A DNA stretch of 64,000 nucleotides from Marinobacter sp. (lineage in GTDB: Bacteria; Pseudomonadota; Gammaproteobacteria; Pseudomonadales; Oleiphilaceae): positions 583 through 64,582 of the forward strand of contig JAVLAV010000004.1 of assembly GCA_031580735.1 (NCBI GenBank). Reading direction: 5' to 3'. The position numbers and the translations under genes were made by a program. Under the pieces are notes generated by a model, which was not told the DNA's origin, did no database searches, and worked only from the letters and a program-made list of their open reading frames with translations. Positions 42,201 through 52,071 of this stretch are shown in pieces. The first letter of the stretch is position 1. Each line of letters starts with the position of its first letter.

Positions 42201-43792
42201 ACGGCGAGATCACATCCGGCAGTAGCGACTACATCCAGACTGATCAGTTGCTAATACTCGACGCCAGCCAAGCCACATTTAACTCGGCTCAAAATGATAT
42301 CAATACTCTGGCCGCCGATGGCATTGGTGGTGGCGGGCTGAGCGTTACCGACATGGATGATCTCACTATTGGCACCATTTCGTGGGAGAACAAAGGCTAT
42401 CAAGGTATACAGGCAACAGGCAACATGAGCCTCAGCACATTGAGTGGCAACCTGACTGTCAATGAGGATCTAAGCACCAGTTCCACATCCTCCAATGCCA
42501 TTACGCTGAATGCCGGCCAAAACGAGAGCGCTGGAACTTCAACCGGAGGTGATATCGAGATTTCCGGCGCCAGCATCACCACCGGCTCCGGCGGCCGGGC
42601 ACTACTCTATACCGGCAGCATCGCCGGCAGCACCGGACTGACGAACTTGGTGGGATCCGGCAGTGGCCGTTTCCGCTATAACAGCGACGAATCTTCTCAA
42701 GGTTATACAGCTGCTTTGGGAACGAGCGGACTGCATGCAATCTATCGAGAACAACCAACGATAAATGTAGCCGCTCAGAAGGAGACCATCTCCTACGGAG
42801 ACAGCTTACCTGGCTACACGGCAAGCTATTCTGGCTACACCAATGGCGATACTAAAGCGGCAATCACGGGTAGCGCCTCTTGGTCAATTCCTACCGCCAC
42901 CACCTCAACCAGCGGGAATCTGGTTGCAGACAGTTACGACGTTCAATATAGCGGCGGGCTATCTAGCACCCTGGGCTACAAACTTGCCGACAATACCGGC
43001 AGTACCGGTGAACTGACGGTCTCAAAGCGCGCCTTGAGCCTGCAGCTTTCCGGCACCAGCAGTCGCGTTTACGACGGCACCAGCGATATCGGTTTTACCG
43101 GCTATACCGTCAACGCCACCGGCGGCATCAATGGGGATAACCTAATGGTTGCCACTGGCAGCCTGACGGGTTTCGTCAATAAAAATGCCGGTGAGAACAA
43201 ACAGGTCACCTTTACTGGTTTTGGGCTATCCGGCACCGATGCCAGCAACTATGAGTTGGTCTCCGGCAGCGCCAAAAGCTCGGCAAGCATTACAGCACGC
43301 CCTCTAACGGTGGATGCGAACAATCAAAGCAAGTCTGTAGGTCAGCCTGATCCAACGCTGACCTACAACGTCGGCTGCGGCGCATTTAGCAGTCCGTGCG
43401 GATTGGTAGCTTCCGATAAGCTGTCAGGGCGGCTTGCTCGTACCGGTGGCGAAACAGTCGGGCGCTACGCCATCAATCTGGGCTCACTCGGCAATCCAAA
43501 CTACGCAATCAAGTTCATTCCCGGCACCTTCGAAATTGCGATTAATGATGATCCCGCGCGGGAGACCAGCATCCAGGCAATCCAGCAAACGTTACCTCTA
43601 TCGCTGGCAACGACTAGCGCAGGCATGACGGGCCCTGATATTTCCACCGCCGGTCAAAGCAATGGGCTGGAAGTGGTTGATGTCGACAGCTCTACGGCTC
43701 AGAGCATAGTCGGTGGTGGCGAGTCACGCACCGGCGGGCCTTTGCAGCTATTCGTTGTCGATGGCGGCATCAGCTTCGGTGATGACAGCTGA
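39251..43792 (+). CDS. Two-partner secretion exoprotein TpsA (filamentous hemagglutinin N-terminal domain; YDG/MBG-like C-terminal modules)
   Basis: Extended signal MNRVYQVIWNRSKGVWQAASEL, INWQDFSI, LNRVTG, VFLVNPNG, GGFIETS, GEWLIDP; G/S/T/N-rich beta-helix; RVYDG and DPTLTY...GETVGRYAI modules. Confidence 0.92.
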   Translation: MNRVYQVIWNRSKGVWQAASELSHSSRGSSSGAGSVAGSLKTISAGAILLIAIPLHASDLPSDGTVVGGQGSINSSGKTLTVNQSSQNMAINWQDFSIAEGHTVNFHQPNAQAAALNRVTGNNVSDIRGALNANGRVFLVNPNGVMFSSTARVDVGSLVTSTLDISTDDFMAGNYRFEGASANAIINQGNITTAEGGVVAMIAAEIINTGSITTPQGSTLMGAGSKVTLDLGGPLKIEVEEALLDTYIEQGGAIRADGGLVYLTAKAAGELASSVINHTGVTEARTLATGENGQIMLMGDMGSGRVEVAGTLDASAPDGGDGGFIETSAASVKINDNLVVTTKAESGQTGEWLIDPVDITIAASGGNVTGDTIATALQTTDVTLDTSGSGSCTSNSCSSLSSGNGDISVNDNIQVTTGTTDTTLTLKANRDIIVDENVSISSTSGKLNTIFWADQDATDGGMIWMKNGSSIDTNGGHLWLGGGSGTSNWNGLSVGDGRATGNSVNSNGIVLIGTNLNTGNGNMAFYGRGRPGTYSSVATSVPGQTSFYNSNGIRLENGNNLNSGSGTIHFDGYTNAVDSGSSANGVEFSAYKTDQITSSSNETVAIQINGRAENNDSSDNSWGVYTWGAQIASTGAGGIQIKGSGAKNAGVAIANGAHVLADSGLITLEGLGSGSGFSDVRIEGAVGQKAGTGITASSSDIDVIADTLNVSGTLASSGTLAIRTRTNDRKINVGGSDATGLELAAGYFSTNFENGFSNIVIGDTNSDTITVGGAVTYQDNLTLKSGTSIVVNNSGSLTGSVGENASLTLWARADGNLTATDGKVGSVWLQENSTVDTNGGDITIGGGTDPLAGYAWGDDRTGGLGENNAIYRGASINGTLDAGGGDISIRGRGKSSIAARGVSIAGDISTAGTGDINIYGYAVGGSDAVAIGDSATAITDNDGHVSADAGTIYIWGQKDAGKSINVNSGSSISSNGAIVLNGRNGEITSGSSDYIQTDQLLILDASQATFNSAQNDINTLAADGIGGGGLSVTDMDDLTIGTISWENKGYQGIQATGNMSLSTLSGNLTVNEDLSTSSTSSNAITLNAGQNESAGTSTGGDIEISGASITTGSGGRALLYTGSIAGSTGLTNLVGSGSGRFRYNSDESSQGYTAALGTSGLHAIYREQPTINVAAQKETISYGDSLPGYTASYSGYTNGDTKAAITGSASWSIPTATTSTSGNLVADSYDVQYSGGLSSTLGYKLADNTGSTGELTVSKRALSLQLSGTSSRVYDGTSDIGFTGYTVNATGGINGDNLMVATGSLTGFVNKNAGENKQVTFTGFGLSGTDASNYELVSGSAKSSASITARPLTVDANNQSKSVGQPDPTLTYNVGCGAFSSPCGLVASDKLSGRLARTGGETVGRYAINLGSLGNPNYAIKFIPGTFEIAINDDPARETSIQAIQQTLPLSLATTSAGMTGPDISTAGQSNGLEVVDVDSSTAQSIVGGGESRTGGPLQLFVVDGGISFGDDS

Positions 43793-43842
43793 AGCTCAAC
43801 GAACAGAACCTGACTACTTTATCGAATTTCGGAACCGATACT

Positions 43843-45480
43843 ATGAATGTTTTTCATCGCTCAGGATCATCTGCCGGCCTGTTTTTTCTGGCTGTCACAG
43901 TGGCCTGCTCAGCTCAGGGCCAAACTCCGCCCGATGCCGGCCTGATCTACCAGGAAAGCCAACAAGATCAGCTTTCACCGAAACAACCATCCGTCGATAT
44001 CCGGATCCAGGGAGAACCGTTGACCGAGCGTGATGCCGGTGGCACTGAAGTTGAAATCAGTCAGATCCGGTTTGAAGACGCCACCGCCTTTTCTTCAGAA
44101 CAGCTACTAGCCGTCCTGGGCGAGGGCGTATTCGAAAAAACCTACGACCTGGCCGGGCTGCAGTCGTTGGCCAACCAAATCAGCGAATTCTACCGGGGCC
44201 ATGGCTATCCCTTCGCTCGGGCCATATTGCCTCCGCAAACGCTGGATAACGGCATCCTGAAGATTACGGTTATCGAGGGGCGCTATGGAAAAGTATCCAC
44301 GTCGGGCGAACCCGAATTGGCGGGTACTGTCGAAAAATTCGCGCAGCCGCTGGCGCCGGGCGAGGTCATTGAATCCTCGGAACTGGAAAGAACACTGCTG
44401 ATTGCGGGCGATCTTCCCGGGCTGAGAGTTGTTCCGGTAATGCGTCCCGGCCAGGAATATGGCACCGGGAACCTGGACATTCAGGTTAAACCGGGAGATC
44501 GATTCAGTGGCCGGTTAGGCGTCGACAACCACGGCAGCCGCTTCTCCGGCGAGTACCGCGGCCGGGCAGACTTGCAAGCCAATCGCCTGCTGACCGTTGG
44601 CGACGAGCTGAGCGTAGCGGCCCTGTACTCCAGCGAGGACACCTGGCTTGGCCAGCTCAGCTATTCCCTGCCGCTGGGATACTCCGGGTTGCGTGGCAGA
44701 ATTGGGTACGATCACACGGACTACACCCTCGGCAAGGGCTTTGAAGGCTATACCGGCACCGCCGAAGTACTTTCGGCCGGCGTGAGCTATCCACTGGTCC
44801 GCAGCCAGCAAAGCAACCTGAACCTTTCGGCCACCTACCAGCACAAGGACTTGGACGACAACGCGGACTTCATTGGCTATAACAAAGCCACTGAAAGCCG
44901 TTCGCTGCCGCTGGCGCTCCAGTTCGATCATCGTGACAGCCTGTTCGGGGGCGGTATCAGCTATGGTGCCGCCACTGTGACTCCCGGAAAACTCGAGATC
45001 GAGCAGACGGCCAGTGCGAGCAGCGATTACAGCTTTACCAAATTGAATCTGGATATCGCTCGGCTACAAATGCTGACAACCGATTTGACCCTGTTCGGCC
45101 GCTTCAGTGGCCAGTGGTCTGATCAGCGCAACCTGGATGGATCCGAAAGCTTCTACCTCGGTGGCCCCAATGGTGTGCGAGCGTTTCCGGTGGGTGAAGG
45201 TTCCTACAGCCGGGGCTGGCTGGCTCAGCTGGAATTGCGCTACAACGTGGGCCATGGCCTGAGCCCGTACTTGTTGTTTGATGGGGGCCGCACATCCAAT
45301 GGCGGTATTGACGAAGGCGAGGACCGGAACATTTCCGGAGCGGGCCTGGGTCTTCGCATCAATCACGGCGACTGGAACGCAGATATGGTTTCCGCCTGGA
45401 AACTGGACGGCGGCGATGCCCAGTCAGACGGTCGCCAGAGAGATCCTCGGTTCTGGTTCAGCGTCGGTTACCAGTTCTAA
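43843..45480 (+). CDS. TpsB outer-membrane transporter (ShlB/FhaC/HecB family)
   Basis: POTRA FYRGHGYPFARAILPPQ, DNHGS, LGGPNGVRAF, C-terminal YQF. Confidence 0.93.
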   Translation: MNVFHRSGSSAGLFFLAVTVACSAQGQTPPDAGLIYQESQQDQLSPKQPSVDIRIQGEPLTERDAGGTEVEISQIRFEDATAFSSEQLLAVLGEGVFEKTYDLAGLQSLANQISEFYRGHGYPFARAILPPQTLDNGILKITVIEGRYGKVSTSGEPELAGTVEKFAQPLAPGEVIESSELERTLLIAGDLPGLRVVPVMRPGQEYGTGNLDIQVKPGDRFSGRLGVDNHGSRFSGEYRGRADLQANRLLTVGDELSVAALYSSEDTWLGQLSYSLPLGYSGLRGRIGYDHTDYTLGKGFEGYTGTAEVLSAGVSYPLVRSQQSNLNLSATYQHKDLDDNADFIGYNKATESRSLPLALQFDHRDSLFGGGISYGAATVTPGKLEIEQTASASSDYSFTKLNLDIARLQMLTTDLTLFGRFSGQWSDQRNLDGSESFYLGGPNGVRAFPVGEGSYSRGWLAQLELRYNVGHGLSPYLLFDGGRTSNGGIDEGEDRNISGAGLGLRINHGDWNADMVSAWKLDGGDAQSDGRQRDPRFWFSVGYQF

Positions 45481-45486
45481 CAGCAC

Positions 45487-45515
45487 TGGCAGGTAGACGC
45501 ACCGTCTACCTGCCA
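45487..45515. terminator. Perfect 13-bp hairpin after tpsB (no U tract)
   Basis: TGGCAGGTAGACG-cac-CGTCTACCTGCCA. Confidence 0.5.
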
Positions 45516-45603
45516 ACATCCAGCAAAACGTTCATTTCATCCGCCCTCATATTTTCTTACAATCCCGGCATCAATCCAGAGCTCTACCTGACCGGACACC
45601 CCC

Positions 45604-48234
45604 ATGCCAACACCCCAGACCGAACAGCCCAAGCACACCCCGATGATGCAGCAGTACCTGAAGATCAAGGGCGAGCACCCCAACGAGCTGGTGTTCTACC
45701 GCATGGGGGATTTCTACGAGCTGTTCTATGAGGATGCCAAGAAAGCGGCGGAGTTACTGGACATTACCCTGACCGCCCGCGGCCAGTCCGGCGGCAACCC
45801 GATTCCCATGGCCGGCATTCCCTACCACTCGGCGGAAGGCTATATTGCCCGCCTGGTGCGCGGCGGGCACTCTCTGGCCATCTGCGAGCAGATCGGCGAT
45901 CCGGCCACCAGCAAGGGGCCGGTGGAACGAAAAGTGGTGCGCATTGTTACCCCGGGCACGCTCAGTGACGAGGCGTTTCTGGAAGACCGCCGGGACAATC
46001 TGCTGGCGGCTATTTTCAGCCATAAAGAACAGTTCGGCTTTGCGTCGCTGGACATCTCCAGTGGCCGTTTTGCGGTTTCCGAGCTGGAAGGTCTGGAAGC
46101 ACTGCAGGGGGAACTTCAGCGCCTGCGCCCGGCAGAAATCCTGATCAGCGAAGACTTCCCGTATGGTGAAATTCTGGAAGGCTTTACCGGCATACGCCGC
46201 CAGGGGCCGTGGCTGTTCGAGGCGGATTCCGCCCGCCGTGTGCTCACCCAGCAACTACAGGTTCGGGATCTCACCGGATTTGGTTGTGAAGATCTGCACC
46301 TGGCCATCTGTGCCGCCGGCTGCCTGCTGCAATACGCCCGGGAAACCCAGCGCACCGCCCTGCCCCATATTCGCAAGCTGACCCGCGAGCAGCGCGAAGA
46401 GGCGGTGATTCTGGACGCCACCAGCCGCCGCAATCTGGAAATCGACATCAACCTGATGGGCGGCACCCAGCACACTCTGGCCTGGGTGATGGACCGCACC
46501 GCCACCTCCATGGGCGCCCGTGAATTGCGCCGCTGGCTGAACCGGCCACTGCGCGATGTCGATGTAGTGCGCCAGCGCCAGCAGGCCGTTACCGCCCTGC
46601 TGGACGGTTTTCATTACGAGCCGGTACACGATCTATTGAAAAGAGTGGGCGACATTGAACGCATTCTGGCGCGCGTGGCCCTGCGCTCGGCGCGCCCCCG
46701 GGATCTGGCGCGCCTGCGCGACGCCTTCCAGGCACTGCCGGATCTGCAGGAAACACTCAAGCCGGTCAACTCCCACCATATTGTGAAGCTGGCCAACATC
46801 ATCAGCGAATACCCGGAACTGGCGGACCTGCTGGAACGGGCCATCATCGAAAACCCGCCCGTGGTGATCCGCGAGGGCGGCGTGATTGCCGAAGGCTTCG
46901 ACGAAGAACTGGACGATCTGCGCAACATCAGCGAAAACGCCGGCCAGTTCCTGCTGGATGTAGAAACCCGCGAGCGTGAACGCACCGGCATCAGTACCCT
47001 GAAAGTCGGCTACAACCGGGTACACGGTTACTACATCGAGATCAGCCGCGCCCAGTCAGACAAGGCACCGGTGGACTACATTCGCCGCCAGACCCTGAAG
47101 AACGCCGAGCGCTTCATCACGCCCGAACTGAAAGAATTCGAAGACAAGGCCCTGAGTGCCAAAAGCCGTGCCCTGGCCCGGGAAAAAGGTCTGTACGACG
47201 ACGTGCTGGAAGCCGTGGCCGAGCAACTGGCACCCCTGCAGGATGCCGCCCAGGCTCTGGCCGAGCTGGATGTGCTGAGCAACTTTGCCGAACGGGCCAC
47301 CAGCCTGCGTTTCACCGCCCCCGAATTCACCGACGAGCCGGGCTTTAATGTTGAAGAAAGCCGGCACCCGGTGGTGGAACAACTGCTGAGCGAGCCGTTC
47401 GTCCCCAACAATCTGTTGATGGACAACAAACGCCGCATGCTGGTGATCACCGGCCCGAACATGGGCGGTAAGTCCACCTACATGCGCCAGGCCGCTCTGA
47501 TTGCCCTGCTGGCCTACACCGGCAGCTTTGTACCCGCCGATCGTGCCGTACTCGGCCCGGTGGACCGCATTTTCACCCGCATGGGCTCATCCGACGACAT
47601 TGCCGGCGGCCGCTCCACCTTTATGGTGGAAATGACGGAAACCGCCAACATCCTGCATAACGCCACCGAGCAAAGCCTGGTATTGATGGACGAAGTGGGC
47701 CGCGGCACCAGCACCTTCGATGGCCTGTCTCTGGCCTGGGCCACCGCAGAGCATCTGGCGAAAGAAACACGCTGTTTCACCCTGTTTGCCACCCACTATT
47801 TCGAATTGACTCAACTGGCCGACGATCTGGAACACGCGGTGAACGTGCACCTCACGGCCACGGAACACGACGACAGCATTGTGTTCCTGCACAATGTTCA
47901 CGATGGCCCCGCCAGCCAGAGTTACGGCCTGCAGGTGGCCAAGCTGGCCGGTGTGCCTCAGGGTGTTATCCAGAACGCCCGCACGCAGCTGGCGCAGCTT
48001 GAAGGCGAGGAGCGGCCAACCGCGCCAACGGTTCATGGCGTCTCGGAGAGCGCACCCGCGGCAAAAACCACCAAAGCCGCCAGCCAGAATGAATCAATCA
48101 TGCAGGGCGATATGTTTGCCAGTATGGAGCCAAGCGAAGTGGAGCAAGCCCTGGACAAACTGGACCTGGATGGCCTTACGCCCAGAGAAGCACTGAACCA
48201 GCTTTACGAGCTGAAAGAAAAACTGGGAAAATAA
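45604..48234 (+). CDS. mutS: DNA mismatch repair protein MutS
   Basis: [44 protein letters not shown]. Confidence 0.99.
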   Translation: MPTPQTEQPKHTPMMQQYLKIKGEHPNELVFYRMGDFYELFYEDAKKAAELLDITLTARGQSGGNPIPMAGIPYHSAEGYIARLVRGGHSLAICEQIGDPATSKGPVERKVVRIVTPGTLSDEAFLEDRRDNLLAAIFSHKEQFGFASLDISSGRFAVSELEGLEALQGELQRLRPAEILISEDFPYGEILEGFTGIRRQGPWLFEADSARRVLTQQLQVRDLTGFGCEDLHLAICAAGCLLQYARETQRTALPHIRKLTREQREEAVILDATSRRNLEIDINLMGGTQHTLAWVMDRTATSMGARELRRWLNRPLRDVDVVRQRQQAVTALLDGFHYEPVHDLLKRVGDIERILARVALRSARPRDLARLRDAFQALPDLQETLKPVNSHHIVKLANIISEYPELADLLERAIIENPPVVIREGGVIAEGFDEELDDLRNISENAGQFLLDVETRERERTGISTLKVGYNRVHGYYIEISRAQSDKAPVDYIRRQTLKNAERFITPELKEFEDKALSAKSRALAREKGLYDDVLEAVAEQLAPLQDAAQALAELDVLSNFAERATSLRFTAPEFTDEPGFNVEESRHPVVEQLLSEPFVPNNLLMDNKRRMLVITGPNMGGKSTYMRQAALIALLAYTGSFVPADRAVLGPVDRIFTRMGSSDDIAGGRSTFMVEMTETANILHNATEQSLVLMDEVGRGTSTFDGLSLAWATAEHLAKETRCFTLFATHYFELTQLADDLEHAVNVHLTATEHDDSIVFLHNVHDGPASQSYGLQVAKLAGVPQGVIQNARTQLAQLEGEERPTAPTVHGVSESAPAAKTTKAASQNESIMQGDMFASMEPSEVEQALDKLDLDGLTPREALNQLYELKEKLGK

Positions 48235-48288
48235 CAAAAAAGCAGCGAAAAAATTGACCCAGGCAATAAGGATATAGCCAGCGAAAAC

Positions 48289-48317
48289 TTGCGGCTGCAA
48301 GGGCCGCTCCCTACAAT
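48289..48317 (+). promoter_or_regulatory. Candidate sigma70 promoter of fdxA
   Basis: TTGCGG-17 nt-TACAAT. Confidence 0.55.
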
Positions 48318-48396
48318 ATCGCGCACAAACCAGAATTGGGGCGAATGCAAGCAAGCCCCTGATGAGACCGAATATTCTACGACCAGGGATCTGACT

Positions 48397-48720
48397 ATGG
48401 CGTTTATCGTTACTGATAACTGCATCAAGTGCAAATACACCGACTGCGTGGAAGTCTGCCCGGTGGACTGCTTCTACGAAGGCCCCAATTTTCTGGTAAT
48501 TGATCCAGACGAGTGCATCGACTGCGCCCTGTGCGAGCCTGAATGCCCGGCCGAAGCGATTTTCTCCGAAGATGAACTGCCAGCAGGCCAGGAAGCCTTT
48601 GTAGAAATCAACGCCGATCTCGCCGGCAAATGGCCGAATATCACCGAGAAGAAAGACCCGCTGCCAGACGCCGAAGAATGGGATGGCAAGCCAGACAAGC
48701 TGCAATATCTCGAGCGCTGA
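48397..48720 (+). CDS. fdxA: 7Fe ferredoxin (start refined to MAFIVTDNC)
   Basis: [29 protein letters not shown]; downstream of mutS. Confidence 0.96.
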   Translation: MAFIVTDNCIKCKYTDCVEVCPVDCFYEGPNFLVIDPDECIDCALCEPECPAEAIFSEDELPAGQEAFVEINADLAGKWPNITEKKDPLPDAEEWDGKPDKLQYLER

Positions 48721-48786
48721 TAAAGTGACCGAAAAGCCCGGGGGCTCAGCCCTCGGGCATGTACAGCGGACTGGCTCCGCTGCCGC

Positions 48787-50415
48787 TTATTGCATTTCTC
48801 TGGCCTGATTGCGTAACACAAACTTCCGGATCTTCCCGGTTGAGGTCTTTGGCAAACGCGCAAAGATCACCTTCCCGGGCACCTTGAACACCGCCAGGTG
48901 CTGCCGGCAAAAAGCAATAATCTCATCCTCGGATATATCGCCTGCCTCTGGCTTGAGCGTCACAAACGCACAGGGGATTTCTCCCCATCGTTCATCGGGC
49001 CCGGCCACCACAGCTGCCTCCAGTACCGCCGGATGTCGGTAAAGCGCGTCTTCCACTTCAATGGTAGAAATGTTCTCACCGCCTGAAATAATGATGTCCT
49101 TCAGGCGATCCCGGATCTCCATGTAACCGTCTTCGTGCCACACGGCCAGATCACCGGTGTGAAACCAGCCGCCGTGAAAGGCCTCTTCGGTGGCTTCGGG
49201 ATTTTTCAGATAGCCTTTCATCACGGTGTTGCCCCGCAGAAAAATCTCACCCAGGGTTTTACCGTCTTTCGGAACCGGCTTCATGGTGCGCGGTTCCGCC
49301 ACCATCGTGCCCGCCAGGGTTTGATATCGAACGCCCTGCCTCGCTTTGAGCCTTGCCCGATCATAAACCGGCAACGCATCCCACTCGGATTTCCAGGCAC
49401 ACAGGGTCACCAGGCCATACACCTCCGTCAGCCCATAGGCATGGGTAACGCGAATGCCCATTTCCTCAATACCCTGAATCAACTGAGCCGGCGGCGCGGC
49501 ACCGCCTGTCAGTGCGTTGACCTCATGGTTGAGCTCGGCTTTCGCCTCGGCAGAAGCGTTAAGTAACGCATTGAGCACAATCGGCGCGCCGCAGAGATGA
49601 GTCACATGATGATTGCGGATCAGTTGCAGCACCTTTTCCGGGTCCACCCGACGCAGGCAAACATGCGTGCCAGCCATGGCGGTCACCGTCCACGGAAAAC
49701 ACCAGCCATTGCAGTGGAACATCGGCAACGTCCACAAATACACCGGATGCATCCCCATGGACCACGACATCTGATTACCCAGCGCCTGCAGATAGGCACC
49801 GCGATGGTGATACACCACCCCTTTGGGATTGCCGGTGGTGCCAGAGGTGTAATTCAGCGAGATTGCTCCCCACTCATCCGATGGAAACTGCCATTGAGCC
49901 TCGGGGTCGCCCTCCAGCAGGAAGGCTTCGTAATCCAGCTCGCTGACAGGTGTACCCTCACCGTATTCCGGGTCATTAACATCAATCACCAGCGGCTGGC
50001 GCTCCAGACGTTCAACAGCCGCACGGATAACATCGCCGTATTCCCGGTCAGCAATCACCACGGTCGCTTCACTGTGCTCCAGCATATAGGCAATTGCAGG
50101 CGCATCCTGCCGTACGTTAAGTGCATTCAGCACGGCACCCGCCATGGGAATGCCGAAATGGCACTCCACCATGGCGGGTATGTTGGGCAGCATCACCGCC
50201 ACGGTATCGCCGCGGCCCACTCCCCGGCCGCTCAGAGCCGATGCCAGGCGCCGGCAGCGTGCACCGGTTTCTGCCCAGGTATAACGGATAGCGCCATGAA
50301 TAATGGAAGGATGATCGGGATAAACGCTGGCGGTACGTTCAATAAAATCAACGGGAGACTGTACCGCGTAATTGGCATTACAGGGCTCAAGCCCCTGATC
50401 ATAGATGGATGTCAC
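48787..50415 (-). CDS. Acyl-CoA synthetase (AMP-forming; DmdB/short-chain fatty acid ligase-like)
   Basis: YTSGTTGNPKG, YGLTE, WFHTGD, ISGGENI, KTSTGKI. Confidence 0.92.
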   Translation of the reverse strand: MTSIYDQGLEPCNANYAVQSPVDFIERTASVYPDHPSIIHGAIRYTWAETGARCRRLASALSGRGVGRGDTVAVMLPNIPAMVECHFGIPMAGAVLNALNVRQDAPAIAYMLEHSEATVVIADREYGDVIRAAVERLERQPLVIDVNDPEYGEGTPVSELDYEAFLLEGDPEAQWQFPSDEWGAISLNYTSGTTGNPKGVVYHHRGAYLQALGNQMSWSMGMHPVYLWTLPMFHCNGWCFPWTVTAMAGTHVCLRRVDPEKVLQLIRNHHVTHLCGAPIVLNALLNASAEAKAELNHEVNALTGGAAPPAQLIQGIEEMGIRVTHAYGLTEVYGLVTLCAWKSEWDALPVYDRARLKARQGVRYQTLAGTMVAEPRTMKPVPKDGKTLGEIFLRGNTVMKGYLKNPEATEEAFHGGWFHTGDLAVWHEDGYMEIRDRLKDIIISGGENISTIEVEDALYRHPAVLEAAVVAGPDERWGEIPCAFVTLKPEAGDISEDEIIAFCRQHLAVFKVPGKVIFARLPKTSTGKIRKFVLRNQAREMQ

Positions 50416-50565
50416 AACTGAAATTCTCTGACCGGCCCGTTGATTGGAGGATGCAATTCTTCAGTGGCGCTATGGCAGGTATACTATACGACTGCGAAAC
50501 GCCAGGCGCCCGGAACGATACCATAAAAGCGGTCGAAATCTTACGATGAACCAGCAAAGGGATTC

Positions 50566-52071
50566 ATGAGCAAACCCAGCCGTCAACGCACCAGACAACT
50601 GCTCCCCAATGACCCCCAGCCCACGCTGATTCTGGATCAACGGGGACAGGTACTCGAGTCTACGGCGTCTGCCGCCACACTCATGGCGGAGGCGGGCATC
50701 GGCTCGCCTGAAGCTCTGCTGCCAGTGAACACCCTCTACCTGATTCGGGCGGCGCTGACCCAGAATCGCGTGATTGAAGACGTTGAATCCAGTTTTGCCG
50801 ACCGCTACTGCGTCTGGACCTTTATTCCTGACACACAAAGCCAGCAGGTGGTCGTCAGAGGCCGTGAAGCCACTAGGGACATTCGCTTGCGGGAGCAGGC
50901 CCAGCGCTCAAACCGCCTGTACCGGCTGATTACAGAGAACACCACAGACCTGATTTCCCGCCACGCACCCGATGGCCGGTTTATCGATGCCACACCGGCC
51001 TCCTGGCAATTGCTGGGCTATCGCCCTGAAAAGTTACGCGGCAAAACCCTGGAAGAGATTTTCACCAGTGAGCAGGCAGCGAAACAGCTCGCCGAGGCTC
51101 ACCAGAAACTCCGGGAAGACGGGTATGCCACCCTCACCCTGAAAATCAGCCATGCCGATGGCAAACACCGGTGGCTGGAAATCTCCAGCCGGGCCATTCG
51201 CGAAACCTACACCGGTGCGGTTGTGGAAGTCATCAGCGTGTCCCGGGACATTACCTCCCGCGTGGAATCCGAGGAACAGAACCGGTTACTCGCCGACGAG
51301 CTGTCCCATACGGCCCGGCTGGCTACGCTGGGCGAGCTGGCTTCAAGCGTGGCCCACGAAATGAATCAGCCCCTGGCTTCCATTGTGAACTTTGCCAGCG
51401 CCAGCCAGCGCTTCCTGCAAGGTGCGGATCATCAGCCCGCACGGCTCGCGAAAGTAGAAGACGGGCTGGAAAAAATCGTACACCATGCCAACCGGGCGTC
51501 AGAGGTCATCAAACGCCTGCGGGCATTCCTTCGCAAAGGCCAGAAACGCACCGCACCGATTGAGATCAACGAAGTAGCTGGCAATGTTGCCCGGTTGTGT
51601 CAGTGGGAAGCGGAAAAGAAACGGGTTCGCATTGTCGAATCGCTGACTGAAGCCCAGCCCATTATTACCGCTGACCCGGTATTGCTGGAGCAGGTGCTGA
51701 TCAACCTGATACGCAACGCCATTGATGCCAGCGTTGAAGCTCGCCAGAATGGCAGCAAGATTCAGGCGGAGTTGGCCAACGTCATCATCGCCACCCACGT
51801 CAATGAAGACAACGAGGTGTTGCTGGAAGTGACCGACGAAGGCCTCGGCCTGAGCGAACAGGCCCTTCGCCAGATGTTCCAGCCCTTCTACACCAGCAAA
51901 CCCCAGGGCCTGGGCCTTGGCCTCTCCATGAGCCGATCCATCATCGAAGACTTCGGTGGCTTTCTGGATGCCAGACCCGCCGAAACCGGTGGCCTGACCC
52001 TGACCTGCCGGTTCCCGGCCCATACCCAAAGAAACACGCCCGCAATTATGGAGACTTGCCCAGATGACTGA
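50566..52071 (+). CDS. Cytoplasmic PAS-domain sensor histidine kinase
   Basis: PAS (LITENTTDLISRH), AHEMNQPL, NLIRNA, GLGLGLS. Confidence 0.9.
   Translation: MSKPSRQRTRQLLPNDPQPTLILDQRGQVLESTASAATLMAEAGIGSPEALLPVNTLYLIRAALTQNRVIEDVESSFADRYCVWTFIPDTQSQQVVVRGREATRDIRLREQAQRSNRLYRLITENTTDLISRHAPDGRFIDATPASWQLLGYRPEKLRGKTLEEIFTSEQAAKQLAEAHQKLREDGYATLTLKISHADGKHRWLEISSRAIRETYTGAVVEVISVSRDITSRVESEEQNRLLADELSHTARLATLGELASSVAHEMNQPLASIVNFASASQRFLQGADHQPARLAKVEDGLEKIVHHANRASEVIKRLRAFLRKGQKRTAPIEINEVAGNVARLCQWEAEKKRVRIVESLTEAQPIITADPVLLEQVLINLIRNAIDASVEARQNGSKIQAELANVIIATHVNEDNEVLLEVTDEGLGLSEQALRQMFQPFYTSKPQGLGLGLSMSRSIIEDFGGFLDARPAETGGLTLTCRFPAHTQRNTPAIMETCPDD

Noticed and set aside
39251-43842. CdiA/contact-dependent inhibition toxin
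   Set aside because: No VENN or pre-toxin motif, no toxin-like C-terminus, and only 50 bp before tpsB, so no immunity gene
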